Assembly: GCA_030390025.1 (NCBI GenBank)
Contig: CM059433.1
Span: forward strand, 9,426,001 to 9,490,000
Length of the DNA: 64,000 bases
From: Squalus acanthias
Taxonomy: Eukaryota
Direction of reading: 5' to 3'
Part shown: one piece after another, positions 25,886 to 37,635 of the stretch
Numbering within the stretch: the first letter of the stretch is position 1
How the letters are laid out: each line of letters opens with the position of its first letter
Translations under genes and position numbers: made by a program
The notes under the pieces: model-generated
Told to the model about the DNA's origin: nothing
Databases searched by the model: none
The model's input: only the letters and a program-made list of their open reading frames with translations

Positions 25886-26178
25886 AAACCTGTTTTATTG
25901 ACTTAATCATCCCCCAACACTTTCAGGTCAGGACTGCCAGTATCAGCCTAATGATATCTGACATTTAAACTTTAGATGGCTTTAGTTACACTACATTAAT
26001 GGAACTAGCTCCTTCAATGGAATTCTGCCCTATTGTTCATGTCGGGTATAGTTTATGACTTTTAAACAGTACTAATTTACACAGACTCTTGAACTGAATT
26101 GACAGCCTATTTTGTGAGGGATGTTACATGGTATGTATTCCAGCTGTGTAAAATATAAAACGTCTTGATGATTCTCAC

Positions 26179-26293
26179 CTGTTGCGTCGAGTCCCTCTAT
26201 CACTATTACTGGAAGTGGGCCCTTCCTGGAAGTCCTGTTGCATTGATCTGCTAATTGCAGAACATCCTTGGCTTTGGGGATCAATTCTGCACA
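26179..26293 (-). CDS. CMPK2: CMPK2 exon 2
   Basis: 115 bp, aag| acceptor, cag|gtgag donor. CAELIPKAKDVLQLADQC...PVIVIEGLDATG includes the first half of the P-loop. Confidence 0.95.
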
Positions 26294-26362
26294 CTTTGAT
26301 GGGCCGAAATACAAAGACAGCATTCAACATAAGAGAAATCTTCAGAACAGTCTGTAAATCAT

Positions 26363-26832
26363 AACAACAACAGAAAACGCTGGAAAAACTCAGCAGGCCA
26401 GGCAACATCCGTGGAGAGAGAAACAGAGTTAACGTTTCAGGTCGAAACCCTTCGTCAGAACTGAGAAAAAAGCAGGAAATGAAACAGATAAAAAAGCAAG
26501 GGGGAGGCTGGGGGGAGGAATAAAAGAACAAAAGGGGTGGTCTATGGTAAGTAGAGACATTAAGAGATGCTCAAGGCAAGACGAGATGGTAATAGGACAG
26601 GTTAAGAAACAAAAGGTGGCTCAGAAGTGTGAAGTGTGAAATGCTGGCAGAATGAGAGACAGCTGCCGTGGGGGGAGAGAGAGAAAAAAAGGGAAAAGGC
26701 ACGGACCAAAAGGGGGGATAAAATGTATATATATGTGGTAGGGGCCGAGGTTATGATCTGAAATTGTTGAACTCGATATTGAGTCCGGAAGGCTGTAAAG
26801 TGCCTAATCGGAAGATGAGGTGCTGTTCCTCG
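26363..26832 (-). mobile_element. Young 5'-truncated Penelope-like insertion in CMPK2 intron 1
   Basis: Perfect 14-bp TSD AGTCTGTAAATCAT at 26349-26362 and 26833-26846. Near-identical to 7587-8025. Carries the last GIY-YIG codons plus the terminal repeat. Confidence 0.9.
26427..26462 (-). ncRNA. Minimal type I hammerhead ribozyme motif (sense to CMPK2)
   Basis: AGUU-CUGACGA-A-GGGU(UUCG)ACCU-GAAAC-GUU-AACU, with all core nucleotides intact. Confidence 0.72.
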
Positions 26833-27874
26833 AGTCTGTAAATCATTGTTATTTGTCTTAGTTCTTTGTGTCTGAATGCTATTGCTTAGCCCTGTTATCC
26901 ATGTATCTGACTTTTTTTAAAATTATGTTTAGTAAAGAAAGACGCAGTCAATCAGTAAAAAAAAAACAAGTTACGCTTTTATTGCACCCTTTAAAGGAGC
27001 ACATTATGTTAAGTTGGTGGAATCCACTGAAGCTCCTATTGCATGGCTCATGGTCACAGGATCTGGATTCAAGTCGCCAAAGCCCTCGACATGGAATCGC
27101 CCATCTCACTCCGGAGGAAGTCAGACTCTCCCCATGAAAATGAGCATAGAGTTTATTCATGTTGTCCTTTCGTACAGCAGACCCTGATGACCATTTTCAC
27201 AGTGAGGTTGGCCTTAGAGCAGGTCACTTGCATACGCCCACCCTCTCGACCAAGCATGGCACGCGCATCGAACAAATCAAGAATGGGGAAGGAAAGAAAA
27301 TACCTTAAAAAAGAGGGAGTCTCACTTTGAACACACACAAAATGAAATTCAAATGAGAATTCCTTAAGCTATTTTAAAAACACATGGCAGTTGACGTAAG
27401 AAAACTACTAGGCACTTGGTCTAAGCGTTAAACAAAGCTTTAATCAACTGTTTTTCAACATGGAGGTCTAGTTGTGTCCTTCCCTAGTTCCTGTTAAAGA
27501 ATGTCCTGAGCAAGCTGGGCCCATGCCCGAGTATTTATACTCTCCCTGGACAGCGCCACCAGCAGGCCGCCCAGTATTATTTCATAAGTCATTTCCACAT
27601 GAATGACAAGATTCATGTCAGCAGTGTTGTACAGGTTTAAGAAGGCGGAATCACATGAATTGACTGACTGCATCTTTCTTTGGCAGACATAAGACGGTGT
27701 CTAAGGGGGATGCAGACAAAAATCATCGGCAATACAAAACAACTGAAGGAGCGCCCGCACCTGGGACTACAAACGTATTATTTATCTTAGTTCTCATTTT
27801 AAAAAGTGGTTCAAATATGGAAATCACACAGAAATAACGCCTGCAATAGGAGAGCTTGGCAAAAGTATTTTCAT

Positions 27875-28078
27875 AAAAGCAAAATACTGCAGATGCTGGA
27901 AATACTCAGCAGGTCAGGCAGCATCTGTGGAGAGAGAGAAACAGAGTTAACGTTTCAACCCCTGGCCTTTCATCAGAAGTTCCAATCGACCTGAAACGTT
28001 AACTCTGTTTCTCTCTCTCTCTCTCTCCACAGATTCTGCCTGATCTACTGAGTGTTTCCAGCATTTTCTGTTTTTATT
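27875..28078. mobile_element. Penelope-derived hairpin element
   Basis: Inverted arms of roughly 70 bp around two damaged, oppositely oriented hammerhead cores. No clear TSD. Confidence 0.7.
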
Positions 28079-28589
28079 GGAGGAGTTTTCTTATTCATTT
28101 GTCCAGGAGCTTTGTTGTCTAGACATTACAAGAACGGCAACATGACTGCACCCTTTAGAGTAGAGTTGTCCAGCCTGCAGGCCGAATCTGCTCCAGTTCC
28201 CAATGTTATCAGACCTGTGTGTCTTTTAACTGATCCCTCCTGCTCCCTGCACAGAAAGCATCATTATTGAGAAGCGCCCATCTCTTGGAAAAACAAGCCC
28301 GGGCAGCAACAGCTGAATTGTGATCATTTTAAATATCTAGCCCCTGAATCGTAACCCTGCTGCCTCTCAGACCCACCGCCTGGGTCCTGATGCTGCTGTC
28401 TGTCCCCGCCCACAGCTGCAGAAGCGAAAGGAGGTGAAAACAACGGGATATGGGGGACGAGATAACAGGGAAAGGGAAAAGCATGAGAGAAAAGCAAAAG
28501 AATAGAAAAAAAAGTGAAGGAAGCAAAAATATAGACAGACAGAAAGAAAGAGAGAGAGAGAGAAGTGAAGGTGGTGGACTTAGATCAAA

Positions 28590-29953
28590 GGGGGCGATTT
28601 TCCCACTGGAGGCGAGATGGAGGCAGGTTTCAGTTTGGGTGGGTTTGAAACCCGCCTCCACGGATAGGTTTCAAAAATTTGCGATTTTCCCCTGATTGGC
28701 CACTTGATTTCCAAGGTGTGGGATACCCTTGGTCAATGAGTGTTTTGGGACTGAAACTCGCCTCTGTTGACAGGACTTTTCCAGGCTGATTTTATGGCTT
28801 CTTGCTCCCTTGGCTCATTCCACAGCATTTCTGCGTCTCCTGCACCACCTCCACAATCTTTTGAGAAACCACTATGTCCAATTCCAAGGCAAGGGCCTCC
28901 CCGAGGCTCTCGGATGAGGCGCTGCAAATGTTGTTTGAGGGGGTGACAGCTAGCATGGAGGTGCTCTTCCACTCATCGCAGAGGAAGAGGCCTGCCAAAG
29001 AAACCAAGGCTGTGTGGGTACAGCTGGCAAGGGATATAACCTCCAGATCTGTGTGCAGATTGGGAGACTGTTTCTGTGTATTGATGAAATGCCATCCCTG
29101 TTGGAAGGCATTAAAATGATTTGAAGCCAAAATGTTGGCGTTATGCCATCTGTTCTTTCACCTTAGGCAGCTCCACATTGCGGGCTCCGCCACACTTGCG
29201 TTGTCTGGTTGGTGGCCTGAGTGAAAGGAGGCCAGAGAGTCATGTCCATTGTCAATGATGTCCTAGGATGGAGCAAAGGACATGTGCCAACTTGGGCAAC
29301 CTATGCAAATCTGGCCATGATAAGTTCATCCCTTGCATCCCGGGCAGCCATGTGCTCGCGTGCTGCCGCTGCCAGCGCTCTGACCTCCTCCTCCTCCTCC
29401 TCCTCCAGATCCTCCTCCTCTTCATCTGAGGTCCATGCAGAAAGAAAATGAATGGTTCCCATGCTGCTTGTAGATGCCTCCTTTGGGGAAGCGCTCACTG
29501 CAAGCGGGGAGAGGGTCTTCCAAGGAGGTCCCACAGCTGATGGAGTCAAGCTGCAGCACCTCCGACTTCGGAAGGCCTTCTAAAAGTGCTCAGAGACCTT
29601 TTAAAGCCAAGGTCTGGCACCTGCAAGTACTCCTTGCTGCAATAAACGATGTCTTGTTAGACCTGCAGCAGTGAGGAGGCCACCCACGAGTCAACCCGCC
29701 AGGTTTACCTGGCGTGGTTTAGGAGGTGCGTGGATCACGCCGAAATGCTGGAAAAATCATGAGGGCCTCTCAAAATAGGCTTAGAGAGGCCCTTAACGAG
29801 CATTTAAGGATGTTAAATAGCGCAATGGGCAGCTGGAGGCGGGAGCGTTTCCTGACCTCCAAAACCGGCATCGGTAAAATCCCGCGGAGGCGGGTTCCGA
29901 ACCCGACCTCTTTGAATCTGATTTTCCCCCTCCAACGTCAGAAAATCGCCCCC
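28590..29953. mobile_element. Internally deleted Harbinger transposon
   Basis: Perfect 13-bp TIR GGGGGCGATTTTC / GAAAATCGCCCCC with 3-bp AAA flanks. Myb/SANT-like remnant on + (28874-29119, RLSDEALQMLFEGV...VLF...KAVWVQLARDI). Convergent acidic transposase-like C-terminus on - (EEEE...AARDARDELIMARF). Confidence 0.85.
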
Positions 29954-30125
29954 AAAGATTCAAAGGAAGATTGGGGTTTGAGCATGAGGCTGCCTGGCTT
30001 AAAAGCTTTAACCAGATGCAGCCCACTTACAAGTGGTGTCGTGGGGATCTGGCCCACCTCCTCAAAAGGTTGAAGACACCAGCTTTAAAGAATCATTAAA
30101 AAAAAAACATATACTTCTGACTTAC

Positions 30126-30743
30126 CTCTTTCAAAACGCCATAAGCATCTTCATACTTGAAGAACACAACTGAGTTTTTGATGTTTAACACAGAGGGATG
30201 AAGCTCTGGGCTTTCAGCCAGAGAGATGCAATTTCTGAAGATCTCTCTTTCCTGCCCATCAGTGACCAGCCCCAGTCTCTGCCACATTCTGCCCCCATCC
30301 TCTCTGGTGTAGCTGCAGAGACTTGTCTGCCCACTCTCACGGACCAGATCTCGCAAGAGACGCTCTGTGCCCTTTTGATTTTGATCATCTTGGACCAAAA
30401 ACCCCTTGATCAGAGATCCCTGCTTGTTTGGGAAAAACGCCATCAGCTCCATAACCTGGCATCTCTCGGGCAGCCTCGTCAGATGGTCTCGCAGATGTCG
30501 GTATGATTCTGCACCTTGAATCCTGTTTTCAGAGGCGATGCAAACCGAGTAGGTTTGACCGCGGGCGAGGAGTTGGTGCAAACGGGAATTTTCATCCCAG
30601 GGCCCCTCGCAGGTTGGGCTGAGGGCAAAATAAAGCGGCTCTGAGTTATTGCTGCCCCCGATTGCAAAGATCCTTCGAGCCCATTCCTTATACAGAGCCG
30701 AGCCGAGGGACTGGGCCACCTCTCGGCTGCAGCGGACATTCAT
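30126..30743 (-). CDS. CMPK2: CMPK2 (UMP-CMP kinase 2) exon 1
   Basis: First in-frame ATG at 30743 within ORF 30096..30827; donor gag|gtaag at 30125. The translation (LYFAL, TYSVCI, CQVMELM, KGFLVQD, MWQRL, LHPSV, SVVF) matches the CMPK2 N-terminal domain. Confidence 0.9.
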
Positions 30744-30846
30744 TCCAGCCGCAGTGACCGGCGATCGGGGGCACTGAGGCGGCCAGAGTCCGCGGTCCGG
30801 CCAAGGGGCACCCGCTGAAATCAACACTGGAAACTGCTGGGGCTGC

Positions 30847-30940
30847 GGAATCGAAACCCAAGCCGGCGATAAACAAACCGTGACGTTTGGAAAGTGAAAC
30901 TGTCGAGAAGCCCGAATTGAGATTCTGGAGAAATGAAAGT
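30847..30940. promoter_or_regulatory. Interferon-responsive promoter cluster of CMPK2 (ISRE plus IRF-type sites)
   Basis: GGAAAGTGAAACTG (30889-30902) is a consensus ISRE. GGAATCGAAA (30847-30856) fits the Ets-IRF composite GGAAnnGAAA. GAAATGAAAGT (30930-30940) is IRF-like and TGACGT (30881-30886) is CRE-like. CMPK2 is a known interferon-stimulated gene. Confidence 0.8.
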
Positions 30941-32139
30941 TGGCGGCTATCCCCGGCCCAGACCTGTGTGTGTCTCTAACTCTTGCTTTCCAGAAATGGG
31001 CTTGTTACTTTTAACAGCAAGCCTAAATTTAAAAAAACACAAACCGAGCAGACACAGTTCTGACCATTTCGGTTCTCAAGAGGAAATTTTGCAGCAAAAC
31101 TTCATAACAGTGTACATGAAAAAAAAATTGGCAGGGCTTTGGGGAAAGAGCAGGGGGGAGTGGGACCAATTAGATAGCTCTACCAAAGAGCCAGCACAGG
31201 CACGGTGGGCCGAATGGCCTCCTCCTGTGCTGTATCAAGCTGGGGTTCTGTAAAGTAAGTTAGCAAAAATGGTCTTCCATTTCAAAATCTGGGGAGGGGG
31301 CCGGGGAGGAGAGAACTGGTGGAATGATGAGAGAATACATCAGCGATCCAATCTTTGAGCATTCCTATCTCTCAAAAACATGTTAGAAAAGGTTGAAAAA
31401 AGACTGAGCAAACTTGCTAAGAAAGGCCACGAATTAACCATTGGTTAAGGATTCTGCAGCTACAAAACCACATCAAAAGGTTCACACCTGCTCACAGTGA
31501 GGTTACAAACATGAGCAACTGCTACCATGGCTTTGTTACCTTGGGTGTAGCAGCCATTAGTAAAGCAAGAACTTGCATTTATATAGCGCCTTTCACATCC
31601 CCATCGAGGTTCCAACTCTCCGGGAGTCTCCTGGAATGGGGCATGGCTCACTCCGGCCCTGCTGATAGCAGCCCAGGAGATCTTTGGGCTTTAAATTTCC
31701 CACTGCATCTGAATTCTTGTGAAAAATTCTTCACGTGAGCCCAGCAATTTTTAAAAAACATTTTAGTCTATATAATGAAAGGTTTTGCATCTGATGGATG
31801 TCCAACCTGTCCATATGATTGGTAAACTTTTAATGATTGAAAATTTGAACCAATCAAAACTATCTATATCTTAAAATTCTTACACTTCATTGAAAATTCC
31901 TAGGTAAACATTTCTGATGGGAATTCCAATGCTAAAATGTCAACACTTACCTGGAACAGTTGCCTGTAATGGGTCTTTCCTGCATTAAAAGTGTTGTTGT
32001 TGTTGTAATGCCACCAAATGGCATTCTAATGGGTATTCCATTCTTAACATCCCTACAAACCTGTAACATTCTCCTGTCACATCAGCAGGGTGTTGCTGTC
32101 GAGCCTCATCATTCAATAAGACAAATTCTTCTCCCGCAG

Positions 32140-32600
32140 TGCCATCTGTGGCTCAGTGGGTAGTGCACTCGCCTCTGGGTCAGAAGGTTGTAGGTTCAAG
32201 TCCCACTCCAGGAACACTGAGCACATAAAGTTAGGCTGATACTGCAGTGCTGAGGGAGTGCTGCACTGTCTTGAAGTGCTGTCTTTCGGATGAGATGTTA
32301 AACCGAGGCCCCGTCTGCTCTCTCGTGTCTGCTGTCCCATGGGCACTATTTTGAAGAAGAGCAGGGGAGTTATCCCCGGTGTCCTGGCCAATATTTCTCC
32401 CTCAACCAACATAACAAAAACAGATTATCTGGGGATTTTCACATTGCTGTTTGTGGGAGCTTGCTGTGTGCAAATTTTGGCTGCCGTGTTTCCCACATTA
32501 CAACGGTGACTAGACTTCAAATAGTACTTCATCGGCTGTAAAGCGCTTTGAGATGTCTGGTGCTCGTGAAAGGCGCTGTAGAAATGCGAGTCTTCCTTTA
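32140..32600 (+). mobile_element. tRNA-derived SINE with L2-like tail
   Basis: A box TGGCTCAGTGGG (32149-32160), B box GGTTCAAGTCCC (32193-32204), conserved central body, and a tail like that of the L2 at 52990. Resembles shark Deu-domain SINEs (recollection, not checked). Confidence 0.8.
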
Positions 32601-33281
32601 TCTGCTGCATTCCCTGGAGTTGGTGTTACATTATTTTCTTTGACATTTTCTAAAATGTACTCTCTCAAATTTAATTTAAAACAGAAATATTGAGAAAAAG
32701 AGGTTGGCAAAAGAGCACAATGAGAAAAGTGTGTGATGGTCATATAGAAATAGAGTATTTGGAAGGCAAAACAGAGGGAATGACACAAAAAGAGACAGTG
32801 GGATAGAAGCACCGACGGGGGCGGAGAGGAATTTTCAAGAGTATTTTTCCCCTGTTGGCCCTATGTTTTTTGTCCTCCCAGGAGATTACATGGCTGCGGG
32901 GAGGGGTGGGCGGTAGGAGGATTCCAGTCATAATGTTCCGGCCATCATGAGTGTGAGGCAGGCTTGATGGACCAGCTGGTCTTTTCCTGCCTGTCATTTT
33001 CATACGTTCATACGCATGTTATCGGGGAAAACTCAAAAGATTGTTTCTTGAAGGGGGTAATTTGGTAATTATACAAAACACTAGAGGGAGCACTGGTCAA
33101 AGTTTAGGCCCTTTCTTTAGTTTTTAAATAGGAAGTCACCGCAATATTTTTTTTTACATTGCAAGACCAAGGTGAAGCGGTCAGCGCTCACGGTGCAGGC
33201 CACCAGCAAAGGTGAACAGAGTGAAGCTGAAAGGTAGATCAGGAAATGGCGAGTATATAGCATTCAGCTTAAGCTCAGCTG

Positions 33282-33718
33282 TGGCTCTGAGTCAGAAGGA
33301 TTGTGGGTTCACAGTCCCACTCCATGGAACTTGAGCACCTAAAGCTAGGCTGACACTCTCCCAGCGCAGTGCTGAGGGAGTGCCGCACTGTCGGAGGTGC
33401 CGTCTTTCGGACGAGACGTTAGCTCGCTCAGGTGAACGTAAAAGATCCCACAGCACTCTTTCGAAGAAGAGCAGGGGAGTTATCCCCCGGTGTCCTGGGG
33501 CCAATATTTATCCCTCAATCAACATAACAAAAAACAGATTATCTGGGTCATTATCACATTGCTGTTTGTGGGAGCTTGCTGTGCGCAAATTGTCTGCCAC
33601 GTTTCCTACATTACAACAGTGACTACACTCCAAAAAACGTACTTCATTGGCTGTAAAGCGCTTTGGGACATTTGGTGGTCGTGAAAGGCGCTATATAAAT
33701 GCAAGTCTTTTCTTTCTT
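33282..33718 (+). mobile_element. Second copy of the tRNA-derived SINE
   Basis: Collinear with 32140-32600; tail ggcgctatataaatgcaagtctttt. Confidence 0.8.
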
Positions 33719-33769
33719 TAGGTTTAAACCTGAAGATTAAAGCAGTAAGGAAAGACTGAGAGAGATCAT

Positions 33770-34502
33770 GGCCCAAAAATTCGGCCGTTCCCGGGTGAGT
33801 ACTCAGTGCGTACTCACCCGTATTGCTTTCCGAAGTGCTGGTTTCCTGCATGCACTGCGCATGCGCGGGAAACCGGAACTTCCGGTATGGTGAAGGGGGC
33901 GGTTCCTAGGTGAACCGCATGCGTGGGAGAGGCTGCGCGCACGCAGCACACTTAGGTTTTTTTTCAGGTTTCTACGCGAGGGTAAGTATTGAAGATTCTA
34001 CGCTAATAAAAAGGAGGCGTAAGACCCCTTTTGAACAAGGTAAGTGGTTAATTAAGTATAATTTTAAATTTTTTTCAACAGGTTTATCTTTTTTAGATAC
34101 TTTAAAGGTAAGTTTATTTTTATCACTTTTAAAAAGTATTGTTTAAAGTGGTTAATTTATTTAACTATAGTTATTTTATAAATGTGATGGTTTTTTAAAA
34201 ATTTATTTTAAGTTTAGCTGTTCTTTTGGGGTCGATTTCAATTCACAGATTTGACAGGTCTCCTGTCAAATCTATGAATGAAAGATGGTCTGCTGCCATT
34301 GGCTCTCCATGGCCCACGTGATCCCAGGGGTCGCTTCGCACTAACTGCGCCCCTGGAACACGCAAGCACTGCGCGCCGGCTCTTGGGAAGAGGCCCAGGA
34401 CCCGAAGTTCCTGTGGGCCCAAAACACAACGGCAGGCGCGGTGGGTAAGAGCGAGCGCAATCCTTACCCCCGCGGCAAGCCGGCCACACGAATTTCTAGG
34501 CC
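33770..34502. mobile_element. MITE with 3-bp TSD (Harbinger-like), copy 1
   Basis: TIR GGCCCAAAAATTCG / CGAATTTCTAGGCC (12/14) with CAT on both flanks. Collinear with 54997-55737. Confidence 0.8.
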
Positions 34503-35089
34503 CATGAATTTGTTTTTGAGGTGCTGGGAGCAGGGGGGGGGGGGGGGGGGGGCAGAAACACTTTGTGATGAATCGTGATTTCCACACAATGAAGATGTAG
34601 GGAGGAGGAAGTTTGAGAAGGATGACACATTTACAGTTTAGGCAGAACAAAAGAGAATATGGGGGTGGGACGAAATACATAGCGGGGAAGGTAAATACAA
34701 GGATCACTGGCCATCACAGTAGTGATAAAATAGTGACTTGCTGGATGTTTCCATCAGCTTTTCTGTTTTTGTTTCACATTTCCAGTATCTGCAGTATCTT
34801 ATTTTGTCAATTGTGTTAATGGTGCTTTGAACCGAATGCCGACGGAACCTAAACCAGTCCAAACACAGACAAGGCAGCATTGTATTGCCGTCGTCTTTAT
34901 AGTTTGCATAGACTGTCGTCATTGTTTCAGTATACGGGTTCATTAAAGAGTCGGACTGTATCTGTCTCTGAGAAGCATTCATCTTATCCCAAGTCCTGCA
35001 AGGAAGTTTTTATCTGATTGCTTTGTCTCTTTAACCTCTGAACTGTCCACTGACTGTTGTATTTGAGCTGATTCACTTCTGAAGGAGCA

Positions 35090-35480
35090 TAAATGAACTT
35101 GTATTTATATAATAACTTATATCAGCTTCAGGATGTCCCAAAGCATTTTACAGCCAGTGGAATTACTTTTGAAGTGCTGTCGCTTTGCACACAGCAAGAT
35201 CCCACCAACAACAAATAAAATGACCAGATAATCTGTTTTTGCTGATGCTGGCTGAAGGGAGAATGTTCACCAGGACATTGAGACAACTTCTGCTCATCTT
35301 CCATAGCCTGCCACGGGACCTTTCACACCTACCCGAGTAAGACAGATGGGGGTTTAATGGTTCATCCAAAGGATGACACCTGCAACTGCATAGCACTCCC
35401 CTGTAGTGCCAGCCAAGTCCTGCGAGTGACTTAAAACATTCGACTCAAGATGCAAGAGGGCTACCAAGTGAGCCAAGCTG
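35090..35480 (-). mobile_element. Older tRNA-derived SINE copy
   Basis: Reverse-complement similarity to 32140-32600. Confidence 0.65.
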
Positions 35481-35614
35481 GCACTTGCACTGCTGCTTCT
35501 GTGAATAACTCTACCGTGAATAGAGCTGGTCGATAGTTTAGTCCTACAAAAAGTGTCTCGCGTGGCTGGTGATATTCATATTCTGAACAGAACTGAACAG
35601 AGTAAAGACGTCTT

Positions 35615-36207
35615 ACTGCAATTATATAGGGCCCTGGTGAGACCACACCTGGAGTATTGTGTATAGTGTTGGTCTCCTTACCTAAGGAAGGATATACTTG
35701 CCATAGAGGGAGTGCAACGAAGGTTCACCAGACTGATTCCTGGGATGAGGGGATTGTCCTATGAGGAGAGATTGAGTAGACTAGGCCTATATTCTCTAGC
35801 GTTGAGAAGAATGAGAGGTGATCTCATTGAAACATACAAAATTCTTACAGGGCTCGACAGGGTAGATGCAGGGAGGATGTTTCCCCTGGCTTGGGAGTCT
35901 CGAACCAGGGGTCACAGTCTCAGAATAAGGGGTCGGCCATTTAGGACTGAGATGAGGAGAAATTTCTTCACTCAGAGGGTGATGAATCTTTGGAATTCTC
36001 TACCCCAGAGGGCTGTGGAGGCTCAGTCGTTGAGTATATTCAAGACAGAGATCGATAGATTTTTGAATATTAAGGGAATCAAGGGATATGGGGATAGTTC
36101 AGGAAAGTGGAGATGAGGTAGAAGATCAGCCATGATCATATTGAATGGCGGAGCAGGCTCGAAGGGCCAAATGGCCGACTCCTGCTCCTATTTCTTATGT
36201 CCTTATG
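35615..36207 (+). mobile_element. CR1 LINE 3' fragment
   Basis: ORF 35712..36116 and tail cttatgtccttatgt. Confidence 0.92.
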
Positions 36208-36714
36208 TAGAACTTGCGCCTGCTGCAACCCCATCCAAATCCCAGGGATGAGGTAATTTTAATAATAGCAGTAGGCACCCATCTCACGAAAACATTTGTA
36301 ATAGTGGAGTGGCGTCCTGCTCCTCTGAGAGGGAGAGCCTGAAGCCGGAAGAGAAAAGTAGGGCAATATTTTTAAACTTTCATTAATACTGATAGAAGGT
36401 TCACACCCTGAAACAGAAACTGTGCCCTCTTGGGGTTGACTAGTGTTGGGGCCTTCACTAGGCCCAGATTAGAACCTACCTCTGTTCTCAACAGACCTAT
36501 TTGGGGCATATCTGGCTGGCTTCCCAGGGTAGCCAGGAACACCCAGTCACCCTCACCCCAAAACCATTGGTGTAACTGAGGTGGGCAGAAAAAGCATCGG
36601 CCTACCAAGTTTGAGGTTTCCGATCTCCTTAAAGATAGTCAGAAACCTGGTAGATCTGCCTTGCACCCCATTACTTTAGAACTTTGCACAATTTCTGGGC
36701 TCTTGTTCTTTAAA

Positions 36715-37635
36715 CTTTACATAGGATATACAGCACAGAAACAGGCCATTCGGCTCAACCAGTCCATGCCGGCGTTTATGCTCCACTCGAGCCTCCTCCC
36801 GTCTTTCCTCATCTATCAGCATAACCCTCTATTCCCTTCTCTCTCATATGCTTGTCCAGCCTCCACTTAAATGCACATATACTAGTCGCTTCAACCACTC
36901 TCTGTGGTAGCGAATTCTACATTTTCACCACTCTCTGGGTAAAGAAGTTTCTTCTGAATTCCCTATTGGATTTCTTGGTGACTATCTTATATTGATGGCC
37001 TCTAAGTTTTGCTCTTCCCCACAAGTGGAAACACTCTCTCTGTATCTACTCTATCAAAACCTTTCATAATTTTAAAGACCTCTATTAGGTCACCCATCAG
37101 CCTTCTCTTTTCAAGAGCCCCAGCCTGTTCATCCTTTCCTGATCTGTATACTCTCGCATTTCTGGTATCAGCCTTGTAAATCTTCTCTGCACCCTCTCCA
37201 GTGCCTCTATTTCCTTTTTATAATATGGCGACCAGAATTGTACACAGTACTCCAAGTGTGGTCTAACCAAGGTTCGATACAAGTTTAGCATAACTTCCCT
37301 ACTTTTCAGTTCTATCTCTCTAAAAATAAAACCCAATACTGGATTTGCTTTTTTATGGCCTTGTTAACCTGTCGCTACTTATAGTGATTTGTGTATTTGT
37401 ACTGAGATCCCTTTGCTCCTCTACCACACCTAGACTCGCACCCTCCAAGTAATGTGACCTCCCTATTCTTCCTACCAAAATGCAATACCTCACATTTATG
37501 TGTTGAAATTCATTTGCCAATTATATGCCCATTCTGCAAGTTTATTGATATCTTCCTGTAATTTGTTGCAGTCCCCCTCAGTATTGACTATCTTCCCCCC
37601 ACCCCCCCCAATTTGGTGTCATCCGCAAATTTAGA
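36715..37635 (-). mobile_element. CR1 LINE 3' fragment
   Basis: FADDTKL, LVRPHLEYCVQFWSP and CR1 tail on the minus strand. Confidence 0.9.

Noticed and set aside
31919..31928. NF-kB-like GGGAATTCC about 1.2 kb upstream of CMPK2
   Set aside because: Imperfect, isolated match expected by chance.
32140..32215. tRNA gene
   Set aside because: A and B boxes are followed by a SINE body and LINE-like tail, with other copies in the window; it is a SINE head.
34704..34982. 92-aa minus-strand ORF in apparently unique sequence
   Set aside because: No recognisable motif, runs into a Penelope-type repeat tail, and has no partner exons.
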